64,000 bases of DNA from Candidatus Iainarchaeum sp. (GTDB taxonomy: Archaea; Iainarchaeota; Iainarchaeia; Iainarchaeales; DTGL01): contig JAOAJX010000004.1 in NCBI GenBank assembly GCA_026413945.1, positions 51,281 to 115,280 of the forward strand, given 5' to 3'. The notes below the pieces were generated by a model. That model had not been told where the DNA came from and did no database searches. It was given only the letters and a program-made list of their open reading frames with translations. Position 1 is the stretch's first letter. Every line of letters starts with the position of its first letter. Of the stretch, positions 1 to 8,325 are shown piece by piece. Made by a program: the position numbers and the translations under genes.

Positions 1-1
1 G

Positions 2-577
2 GCACTAATTTTCGTTTTTGCAATAATTGTCGTTTACAAAATTGGCACATATCTAATAGATCACATGTCTGTTGATAATATAAAAAGGGCAATGCATGAT
101 TACGGCCTGATAGGGATTTTTTTTATGGTGCTAATAGGAAACCTTACACTTTTCTTGCCAATGCCAATTGACTTAGCAATTTATGTTTTGGGCAGCTTTG
201 ATTTCGGCTTCGGGTTTTTAAGCCCAGCAATCATTGGAATTGTTGCTGGCTTTGGTGCTGGCATTGGGGAGCTTAGCGGTTATGCTGCAGGCTTTCTTGG
301 ACGAAGAAGTGTAAGAAACCTTGCCAAAGGCGAACATAAGAGATTTGAGAGAGTTTACCATGAAATAAAAAAGCATGGTTTGTGGTTCATAATTATTGCT
401 TCATTCACCCCCTTTCCATTCGACTTAGTTGGTATAGCTGCTGGAATTGTCAAATATGATTTGAAAAAATTCCTTCTTGGCGCAATCATTGGCAAAATAC
501 TTAGATGTGCTTTAATAGCTTACGCTGGTTACTTTTCCTTGTCATTCATCGCAAAATTATTCGGTGTAGGTCTTTGA
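2..577 (+). CDS. DedA/SNARE-associated (VTT domain) membrane protein, 5' truncated by window edge
   Basis: LPMPID, GAGIGELSGY and FTPFPFDLVGIAAG...GKILR motifs; frame is open from base 2 (ALIFVFAIIVVYKIG...) into the ORF-track start at 65. Confidence 0.8.
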   Translation, partial: ALIFVFAIIVVYKIGTYLIDHMSVDNIKRAMHDYGLIGIFFMVLIGNLTLFLPMPIDLAIYVLGSFDFGFGFLSPAIIGIVAGFGAGIGELSGYAAGFLGRRSVRNLAKGEHKRFERVYHEIKKHGLWFIIIASFTPFPFDLVGIAAGIVKYDLKKFLLGAIIGKILRCALIAYAGYFSLSFIAKLFGVGL

Positions 578-607
578 TTTTGTTCGTTTTTACATAAACA
601 AATAAAA

Positions 608-614
608 TTTAAAA
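608..614 (+). promoter_or_regulatory. Probable TATA box of tRNA-Ser(GGA)
   Basis: TTTAAAA about 25 nt upstream of the tRNA 5' end, preceded by an A-rich BRE-like stretch. Confidence 0.45.
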
Positions 615-638
615 CCATTCAAGGCAATATTTTTAGGT

Positions 639-785
639 GCCGGGATGGCAGAGCGGCCCAATGCGCCAGCTTGGAGTTCTCCAAATTCTTTCTTTTTATA
701 AAAGAAAGAAAATTTTTAATCACGAAGATAAGACCAATGAGCTGGTGTGCGCAAGCACTCGTGGGTTCAAATCCCACTCCCGGCG
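639..785 (+). tRNA. tRNA-Ser(GGA) with 63-nt canonical 37/38 intron (677-739)
   Basis: Acceptor GCCGGGA/TCCCGGC, G73; anticodon stem CCAGC/GCTGG; long variable arm GTGC-GCAA-GCAC; T-arm GTGGG-TTCAAAT-CCCAC; BHB with helix TTGG(671-674)/CCAA(734-737), bulges AG|T and TG|A, outer helix TCT/AGA. Confidence 0.93.
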
Positions 786-821
786 ATAATTTTTCTATTT
801 GCTTCTTGCAAATGCGAAAAG

Positions 822-1643
822 TCAAATTAGCGGAAGGCCTCCAAAAACCATGCCTAGCCATGCTGCAAGCATGAATAAGCCTTGCAGGGGTAAAGCCGGA
901 AGGGCTTGCTTCTTCTTAAATAGGTAACAAAAAGTCAGTGAAAGGCCAAGCAACGACGCTATAAAAATAACGAAGACTGGGATAAAATAATACGGTGCAA
1001 CATATGCTGCCTTTGCCTTTCTGAGTACTGCTGTCGAAAACACTAAAGGCAGAACAAGGTCACCAGTGCCGAGCTGATAAATTTTTTCCTTTGATGGTAA
1101 GCTAAATGTAAAGGCAGTATTATCCCTTGCGATGGCCTCAGCCATTTTAACCATGTGCTTTGTCTTGAAAACCGCAATGTAATCATAGACGCATAAGGCT
1201 GCAAGCAAAAACACAATAGGCAAAACACCCAAGCTAACACCAATAAGCGCACCCACAACTGCTGTTGAGATTAAACTTGAAGTATTCTTTATGATAATAT
1301 TCTCCTTGAAGAGAACCCTCACTGCAACTATTACTAGTGGAAAAAGCAGCACCACTTCAGGAAGAAAAATTTCAAAAAGTATTATAGATGTCAAAAGAAG
1401 TGAAAAGATCTCAAATAGCATTGTCACGCCGCGCACTTTGATAAAAGATATTATAATAATGAAGATTAGCGTAAAAAAAAGCATATACAATAGCAATGCC
1501 AATGCATTTGAAACATCATCGGGGTTATCAGTCAATATTTTTGCCCTAACATTTTCCTTTATGAAAAAGTCTGCTATGGAAAGCCCGATCAATTGCACCA
1601 TCAAGAAAAAGAATATCAGAAGCAGAACAACGCCCTTGTGCAT
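822..1643 (-). CDS. Presenilin/signal-peptide-peptidase family (GxGD) intramembrane aspartyl protease
   Basis: YD (VYDYIAVFKTKHM), LGTGD and PALP motifs in a multi-TM protein. Confidence 0.92.
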   Translation of the reverse strand: MHKGVVLLLIFFFLMVQLIGLSIADFFIKENVRAKILTDNPDDVSNALALLLYMLFFTLIFIIIISFIKVRGVTMLFEIFSLLLTSIILFEIFLPEVVLLFPLVIVAVRVLFKENIIIKNTSSLISTAVVGALIGVSLGVLPIVFLLAALCVYDYIAVFKTKHMVKMAEAIARDNTAFTFSLPSKEKIYQLGTGDLVLPLVFSTAVLRKAKAAYVAPYYFIPVFVIFIASLLGLSLTFCYLFKKKQALPALPLQGLFMLAAWLGMVFGGLPLI

Positions 1644-1678
1644 ATTTTTATAAAGAACTTAAGTGTTTTTTAAAATAT

Positions 1679-2035
1679 ATGGCAAGAAAAAAGCCAGAAA
1701 ACCTTAAAACAAAAAGGGAGAGGAAAAGATATGTGTTGTTCACTTTAGAAGGACACAAGAGTGAAAGCAATTTTGCTTTATTCGGCCACATAAAAAGCTT
1801 TATAAGACAAAAAATGGGGGAGAAATTTCTTCAAAAGGCATCGTTAAAACTTATTGAGTTTGATGGCAAGTTTGGCATATTACAGTGTGAGCGCTCTTCA
1901 AAAGATGCGATTGTAGAAACACTAAGAAAAAATTCTGAAAGAGCGGGCAAAGTTGCTATAAGAACTCTTTCAGCAAGCGGCACCTTAAAAGCATTAAGAA
2001 AAAGAAAGAATATATTTAAATTAGGGAAAAAATAA
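1679..2035 (+). CDS. rnp2: Ribonuclease P protein component 2 (Pop5/Rpp14)
   Basis: RERKRYVLF N-terminus and TLSASGTLKAL C-terminus; normally lies upstream of psmA. Confidence 0.8.
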   Translation: MARKKPENLKTKRERKRYVLFTLEGHKSESNFALFGHIKSFIRQKMGEKFLQKASLKLIEFDGKFGILQCERSSKDAIVETLRKNSERAGKVAIRTLSASGTLKALRKRKNIFKLGKK

Positions 2036-2039
2036 TGCA

Positions 2040-4466
2040 TTAACCATCTTTCTCAGTTCCAGCTCTTTTTGCAATAAACAAAACAATTAGCAGCATTATT
2101 AGAATTGCTATTGGGTTAATTTCAGGTGTTTTTACTTCTGGTAACTCAGGCGAAACATAAAAAGATGTGGAGCGCTTGCACTCAAGGGCGTCACAGCCCA
2201 TGATCTCTGCCGTAATAGTGTATCTGCCCGGTTCAACAAGAGGCCCTATAGTAGATGTTGTATTGCAGGGAAACCCTGAAAGCTTTATTCTGTTATTCTC
2301 TGTGCCAAATTCAATGGAAATAGTGTCAGATGAAACACATTTTGTTGAAATGCTTGCTAAGCCATATAAATGCGTATCCTTAACATGCAAACCGGTTATT
2401 CCTTTTGCTTCAGTTACATTTACCTCTGCAGAGCCAAGTGCAAAAAAGCCCAATTGGTTTGAGGCTAAAACTCTTGCTAAATATGTTCCTTTGCTTCGAT
2501 AAGCATGAAACAACTCATGGTCACCGCTTCTTGTAATACCATCGCCAAAATCCCACTCATAATTTGTAAAAAAATTCTTATCATCAGTTTTTGATGCAAT
2601 AAACAGCACAATTAAAGGTTCCATGCCGTTGTCTGGATTCGCAATTAGACGCAATGTTTCAATTTCTTTGCCAACCAAAATCTTTTTCATTGAAATGGCT
2701 GACATTTTTTGTTTTGTCCCATCTTTGCCGTTGTCAGAAACAATTAGGGTTACAGTATAAACCATATATTTTGAGCTAATATCTGAATATGTGTGAGTTA
2801 CTTTTTTCCCTGAAGCTTTTGAACCATCGCCAAAGTCCCAAGAATAAGAAGTTATAAAATCACCGGCATCAGGGTCTGATGAGCATGAAGCATCAAAAGT
2901 GAACTCAGTTATGCTGGGAAGACCTTTTAAAGGAGAAACCTCAAAGCATGCTATTGGCGGCATATTCTCCGATATTGGATCTTGCTGTTGACCAGTTGCC
3001 TTTCTCTTCACAGCATTTATTATCGCATAATCGTAATCACACAAGCTAGCACTATCGCAAGCTTTAAGCTTTACAGTTTTACTGCCAAGGGTTGCATGAA
3101 TCGTTATTTTTGCCCAATCATAATAATCAGCACCAATTTCCCATTCGCACCTTGAAATATTGCCATCTGGGTCTATGCTATCTAAGCATGAGAGCTCAAC
3201 TCTGTCATTTTCAAAGACATTGATTGTTTTGTTTGCTTCTTCCAAGTATGGTTGTGAAGTTATCACGGCTTTTGGAAGACAATTTGGTAAGCCTGCTTGT
3301 TCGAAGCAGCCAAAGCTACAATACGTTGATAAACCACAATCTTCTTCTGTATTAGTAGTTGAGCAATATGCTCCGGTAACTATTGAATCTACACAGACTC
3401 CAGCCCTTGTGCTTCTATAAGTTTTTTTGTAGGTAGGCGCAGTTGTTATCTGGAGGCATTTTTGGATATTGCACTGACCCATGTAAGAGTACCTCGAGCA
3501 ATCATCACTCTCATAAAGAGGACCATTGCAAGTATCATAAAGCCAAACTGAATTTTCTCGGCACTTTTTTTCTTCTTGGCATCTTGCACAATGACAGCCA
3601 TCACAATGATAACCAGCTGAGCAATCAGAATCATATTGGCAGTCACAAGGTCTTCTTGTTGGGGTTTGACTCGGTGTGATCGTTGGTGTAACTGTGGGCG
3701 TAATTGATGTTATTGGGCCTTGGCATCTGGAATCCTCACATCTTGCAAATGAATAGCAATAGATTTCCTCTGCACAGTCATGGCCGCTTTCCGGATCTCT
3801 TATAACTCTTGTGCAAACATAGCTGCCTGTGCATTTTACAGCATCCAAGCATTGGCATTTGGATTGATTGGCAATAACACATTCTGTTTCGCTTTTGTAG
3901 TAAGAAGAATTATTTCTTTGGCAGTCATCTTGCCCTGGCGAACAAGCTGAATTGGTGCAACCATTAAATTTAAAGCAGTTCAAACCAGCAACGCTAACAG
4001 AACTACAATTCACAGCGGCTACGCAATTGCATTGATTGCTGTTTGCGTTTACGCAATCAACATTTGTGGAGTAATATCCTTGCTCTGAACAGGAAGCTAT
4101 TTGGGAGCAAGAGGTGCATTGGCCATTTATACAGCAACGCCCATCACCACATTGAGAATCGGAAGTGCATGAAGTTGGGGCACATGGATCACAGACACAA
4201 GCAAAGCAGCACCAATCTCCACAATCACTATGACTTTGGCATTCGCAATTATCTGGTGGCTTTGGTGAGTCGGCTGGTGGCACAGGCGACTCAGAAGGTG
4301 GCTCTCCACCACCATTGCCATTGTCGATAATTCTACTCGAAGATAAGGTTGCAAAAAGCAGTATTGAGATAACAAAACAAATAAAAGCCAGCAGGAATAT
4401 TTTTGTCTTACTCCAAAACTTAAAATTATGCCGGCAAAATATATTGCACAGAATCATATTTTTCAA
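2040..4466 (-). CDS. Large Cys-rich, PKD-domain cell-surface protein with C-terminal TM anchor
   Basis: N-terminal hydrophobic signal; Cys-rich repeats; PT linker; PKD motifs (FDASCSSDPD, YSWDFGDG, YEWDFGDG); TM plus KR tail. Confidence 0.85.
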   Translation of the reverse strand: MKNMILCNIFCRHNFKFWSKTKIFLLAFICFVISILLFATLSSSRIIDNGNGGGEPPSESPVPPADSPKPPDNCECQSHSDCGDWCCFACVCDPCAPTSCTSDSQCGDGRCCINGQCTSCSQIASCSEQGYYSTNVDCVNANSNQCNCVAAVNCSSVSVAGLNCFKFNGCTNSACSPGQDDCQRNNSSYYKSETECVIANQSKCQCLDAVKCTGSYVCTRVIRDPESGHDCAEEIYCYSFARCEDSRCQGPITSITPTVTPTITPSQTPTRRPCDCQYDSDCSAGYHCDGCHCARCQEEKKCRENSVWLYDTCNGPLYESDDCSRYSYMGQCNIQKCLQITTAPTYKKTYRSTRAGVCVDSIVTGAYCSTTNTEEDCGLSTYCSFGCFEQAGLPNCLPKAVITSQPYLEEANKTINVFENDRVELSCLDSIDPDGNISRCEWEIGADYYDWAKITIHATLGSKTVKLKACDSASLCDYDYAIINAVKRKATGQQQDPISENMPPIACFEVSPLKGLPSITEFTFDASCSSDPDAGDFITSYSWDFGDGSKASGKKVTHTYSDISSKYMVYTVTLIVSDNGKDGTKQKMSAISMKKILVGKEIETLRLIANPDNGMEPLIVLFIASKTDDKNFFTNYEWDFGDGITRSGDHELFHAYRSKGTYLARVLASNQLGFFALGSAEVNVTEAKGITGLHVKDTHLYGLASISTKCVSSDTISIEFGTENNRIKLSGFPCNTTSTIGPLVEPGRYTITAEIMGCDALECKRSTSFYVSPELPEVKTPEINPIAILIMLLIVLFIAKRAGTEKDG

Positions 4467-4514
4467 ACTAAATAGAACACAAAAAAATAAAAAAAGGGAT
4501 GATGTAATTTAGAT

Positions 4515-5282
4515 ATGCTTTTGGATAAATTCAGGGGGTTTCTTGGGAGAAAGAAAATAAAGTTAGCAATTTTTTTCATATTGGTTTTTACAGGTTCGCT
4601 TTTTTTAGGGGCTTTTTTGATAAAGCCACAAAACAATGTTAAAATAACAATTAAGGCATCTCAGCTTGAAGAGCATAGACTTTTCTTTTTACCATCTGGG
4701 AATTTGGAGCTTGAACTCAATAACGACACCGCAAAGAAATGCATATTCATAATGTTCCCATACATGAACGCTGGAAACATGAAGTCACACTTTGTTAAGC
4801 TTGTTGAGCCAAGTGAATCCTTTCCTTTCACAAAAGAGATAAAAGAAAATGAAGCTTATGCAATTAAATGTGCTTTGGAGAATGTAAACTTTGAATGGAA
4901 AGATCTGCCTGTTTTAATAGTGGGAAGTAAAAGTGACTATATTGTGCATGCAAAAATAACCAATGGCAAGATCGTTGATTTCGAGACTGGTGCCAAGATT
5001 TCAGAAGTCATTGTGAGCCCAAAAACAAGGGTGTGGTTCATTGTAAAGAATACTGACCAAAACTATTGGTCTTTTGACATAATAACTGAAAAGGAGAGAG
5101 TTGCCAAAGAAGGCGAACTCATCAAATTTTATACTGAAAGGTATTGGCCGCCGCTAAAGCAAAACCAGGTTGTTGTAATTGGTCCAACATCTTTCAAGGC
5201 AGGAACATATAAGGGCGGGTTACATGACCATTACTGTAAAGATTGTCCAACACAATCAGAGTTTCGTATTAAGTCTGATTAG
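4515..5282 (+). CDS. Membrane-anchored hypothetical protein with C-terminal cupredoxin-like domain
   Basis: N-terminal TM; V-x-F-x-V-x-N-x-D, PPLKQNQ and KAGTY pattern; ends HDHYCKDCP. Confidence 0.55.
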   Translation: MLLDKFRGFLGRKKIKLAIFFILVFTGSLFLGAFLIKPQNNVKITIKASQLEEHRLFFLPSGNLELELNNDTAKKCIFIMFPYMNAGNMKSHFVKLVEPSESFPFTKEIKENEAYAIKCALENVNFEWKDLPVLIVGSKSDYIVHAKITNGKIVDFETGAKISEVIVSPKTRVWFIVKNTDQNYWSFDIITEKERVAKEGELIKFYTERYWPPLKQNQVVVIGPTSFKAGTYKGGLHDHYCKDCPTQSEFRIKSD

Positions 5283-5416
5283 AAAAAACAGGGTTTTTTA
5301 GAAAGATTGGTGTTTAAACCACCTTGGAAAACATTTAAATTATTATCATATATAAATTCTTCAGTTGGGGCAACTTTTTATGTTTAAAATTCTTGTCTTA
5401 AAACGAGGTGAAATCA

Positions 5417-6145
5417 ATGTATATGGATGAAGGAGCTAAAATGGCTTCAGCATATGATCGCGCAGCAACAATGTTTTCGCCAAAAGGGCGCCTTTATCAG
5501 GTAGAATATGCTTCAAAGATAGTTGAGCAAGGAACTCTTGGCATAGGCCTTGTCTATGCAAACGGCGTCCTGTTTGGCGCTGAAAAGGCTATAACAAGCA
5601 ATCTTATGATACCTGAATCAGTTGAAAAGCTTTTCAAAATAGATGACCACATAGGTGCAATAAGTGCTGGCCTTGTTGGGGATGCGAGGCGCCTTATAAA
5701 AATAGCCAGAGAGCTTGCTCAAGAGAACATGATTTATTATGATGAGCTCATTGATGTTGAATATCTTGCAAAAGAGATAAGCTCAATAAAGCAAGTTTTT
5801 ACACAGTATGCTGGCATGAGACCTTTTGGCATAAGTTTTATAATTGGCGGCATTAACAATGGCAATAAGCGCATATTTGAGACCGAACCATCTGGTGCGT
5901 TGGCTGAATACAAGGCAACAGCAATAGGTAGAAACAAAAAGAAGGCAATGGATTTTATGGAAAAGAAGTATAACGAAAAAATGAATCTTGAAGAAGGAAT
6001 AAAGTTGATAACAAACACGATAAAGCAAACAAAAGAGAAAAACGAAACATTTGAAATAAACAGCTTGGAGTTTGCATATATTGAGGAAGGCAAACCATTC
6101 ACAAAATTGAGCGCAAAGGAGCTTAAGGCAATAATTTCGAAGTAA
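5417..6145 (+). CDS. psmA: Proteasome subunit alpha
   Basis: YDRAATMFSPKGRLYQVEYA, GLVGDAR, RPFG, EPSG; SD GAGGTG before ATG 5417. Confidence 0.97.
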   Translation: MYMDEGAKMASAYDRAATMFSPKGRLYQVEYASKIVEQGTLGIGLVYANGVLFGAEKAITSNLMIPESVEKLFKIDDHIGAISAGLVGDARRLIKIARELAQENMIYYDELIDVEYLAKEISSIKQVFTQYAGMRPFGISFIIGGINNGNKRIFETEPSGALAEYKATAIGRNKKKAMDFMEKKYNEKMNLEEGIKLITNTIKQTKEKNETFEINSLEFAYIEEGKPFTKLSAKELKAIISK

Positions 6146-6173
6146 TTGCCTGTAATTTCAGGCGTGGTTTTTA

Positions 6174-6875
6174 ATGGTCAAAATTGAGAATGCGGTAGTG
6201 GCACGTTATAGTTATAAGGGAGAAAAGTTCGAGATACTTGTTGATCCAAACTTAGCCATGGAAGTTAAAAAAGGTAAAAAAGTAAATACAGATGAGTTGC
6301 TTGCAATTGATGAGGTTTTTAAAGATGCTGCAAGAGGCGAGAGACAATCAGAACATGCTGTAAAAGACGCATTTGGCACAGATGATATTTCAGAAATTGC
6401 TAGTAAGATAATAACGAGGGGGGAAATTCAACTTACCACAGAGCAGAGAAGAGAGTTGAGAGAGAGAAAAAAGAACGAGATAATACAAATAATATGCAAA
6501 AATGCTTATAATCCACAAACAAATGCACAGCATCCCCCTGCAAGAATTGAAACCGCGATTAATGAATTAAAAATAAGTATAAATGAGTTTGAGCCAGCAG
6601 ATGAACAGGCAACAAAAATAATAAAGCAACTGAGCAAAGTTCTGCCCATATCAGTTGAAAAATTTGAGATTGCAATAAAAGTGCCTGCCGGCTATGCTGG
6701 CCGCGCAAGTCCAATAATATATAGCTATGAAATAAAAAAACAAGAATGGCAGAAGGATGGATCACTCATAGCAGTTCTTGACGTTCCAGCTGGAATGAAA
6801 GCAGAATTGATAGACAAAATAAGCAAACTAACCCAGGGAGAAGCGCAGATAAAAATTTTGAATAAGGAGGCATAA
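6174..6875 (+). CDS. Ribosome maturation protein SBDS/Sdo1
   Basis: KFEILVDP, GEIQLTTEQRR, HPPARIE; superoperon context. Confidence 0.96.
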   Translation: MVKIENAVVARYSYKGEKFEILVDPNLAMEVKKGKKVNTDELLAIDEVFKDAARGERQSEHAVKDAFGTDDISEIASKIITRGEIQLTTEQRRELRERKKNEIIQIICKNAYNPQTNAQHPPARIETAINELKISINEFEPADEQATKIIKQLSKVLPISVEKFEIAIKVPAGYAGRASPIIYSYEIKKQEWQKDGSLIAVLDVPAGMKAELIDKISKLTQGEAQIKILNKEA

Positions 6876-6884
6876 GGAGGCATC

Positions 6885-7514
6885 TTGATGGAATATAAAG
6901 TTGTTGTGCCTGGTGAGCTCATAAGCGAATCTAGGTTAAAACTTGGGCAGCACGTTTTTATTGAAAATGGCAAGATATATGCAGAAACTGTTGGAATTGC
7001 AAGAACAGATAAAGGCATAGCGAGGGTTGTGGCTCTTCAAGGCAGATACATCCCAAAAATTGGAGATTTAGTAATCGGCGTTGTTGTATCAGAAGAATAC
7101 TCAGTCTATGCTGTAGATGTGAATTCGTTTTATTATTCTTTCATTCCAAAAGAAGAGATCAGGGTTTTATTAAGGAAAGGGAACATAATAAGTGCCAAAG
7201 TTTCAAAGATAAATGAGATTAATGAAATATCGCTCACTAATGTTAGGGTCCTTTATGGTGGTGAAATCCTGCTTGTAGAACCAACTAAAGTCCCGAGAAT
7301 CATAGGCAAAAACGCCAGCATGATAAAGCTTCTTCAGAATAGTACTAGATGCTCAATAATTGTTGGGATGAATGGCATATTATGGGCAAAAGGGACAGAG
7401 CAAGGAATTGAGCTTCTCAAGAAAGCTCTTGACAAAATAGAGCGTGAATCGCATTTAGGCAACCTCACGCTTAAAATACAAAAGATGTTAAGCGAAAAAC
7501 CATCATCTGAATAG
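6885..7514 (+). CDS. rrp4: Exosome RNA-binding subunit Rrp4
   Basis: VVPGE, YIPKIGDLVIG (S1), KVPRIIGK (KH), GMNG. Confidence 0.95.
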   Translation: MMEYKVVVPGELISESRLKLGQHVFIENGKIYAETVGIARTDKGIARVVALQGRYIPKIGDLVIGVVVSEEYSVYAVDVNSFYYSFIPKEEIRVLLRKGNIISAKVSKINEINEISLTNVRVLYGGEILLVEPTKVPRIIGKNASMIKLLQNSTRCSIIVGMNGILWAKGTEQGIELLKKALDKIERESHLGNLTLKIQKMLSEKPSSE

Positions 7515-7524
7515 AGGTGTGTAT

Positions 7525-8325
7525 ATGGAAAAGTCAGTTTATGAAAGACCGGATGGAAGGAAGATTGACGAGCTTAGAAAAATAAAGATTGTGCCGTCTG
7601 TTCTCACTAGGGCGGATGGCTCGGCCTACATAGAGTGGGGGCAAAATAAAGCAATTGTTGGCGTATTTGGACCAAGAGAAGCATTGCCACAGCACATACA
7701 AAATCCAACAAAAGCACTTGTAAATTATGTGTACAGAATGGCTACTTTTTCTGTTCCTGAAAGAAAGAGTGCAAAGCCTGGACGCAGAGAAATAGAGATA
7801 TCAAAAGTGTCTGGGGAAGCGCTTGAAAGTGCAATCTTTGTAGAAAGGTTTGCGAATGCTACGATAGACATATATGCATATCTGTTTGACAGCAATGCTG
7901 GAACAAGATGTGCTGCACTCACGGCAGCGAGCGTTGCGCTTGCTGATGCTGGCATTCCTATGCGAGACCTTGTACCAGCCTGCGCAGTTGGTCGTGCCAA
8001 TGGACAACTAATAGTAGACCCCTGTAAAGAGGAGGAAGATGCTGAAGATGCAGTTGATATGCCAATGGCCATATTGCCAAGAAATAAAGAAGTTGTTCTT
8101 TTGCAAATGGATGGTCTCCTAAGCCTAGAAGAATGGAAAAAAGCATTTCACTTAGGCCTAAATGGATGTATGCAAGTATACGAGATTCAAAAAAAAGCAA
8201 TAAAAGAAAAATATGAAAGCATAGAAAAAGAAGACAAAAAAGCAATAGAGGCATTAAATGAGGAAATGGAATGCCTCGAAAGCGAGGGTCAAAACTCAGC
8301 GGAGGGCGATTACGTTGAGGGATGA
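7525..8325 (+). CDS. rrp41: Exosome exonuclease Rrp41
   Basis: RPDGRKIDELR, ADGSAY, RREIEIS, AGTRCAA; acidic C-terminal tail. Confidence 0.96.
   Translation: MEKSVYERPDGRKIDELRKIKIVPSVLTRADGSAYIEWGQNKAIVGVFGPREALPQHIQNPTKALVNYVYRMATFSVPERKSAKPGRREIEISKVSGEALESAIFVERFANATIDIYAYLFDSNAGTRCAALTAASVALADAGIPMRDLVPACAVGRANGQLIVDPCKEEEDAEDAVDMPMAILPRNKEVVLLQMDGLLSLEEWKKAFHLGLNGCMQVYEIQKKAIKEKYESIEKEDKKAIEALNEEMECLESEGQNSAEGDYVEG

Noticed and set aside
619-874. ORFs 619-861 (-) and 671-874 (+)
   Set aside because: They overlap the tRNA-Ser gene and its intron; spurious.
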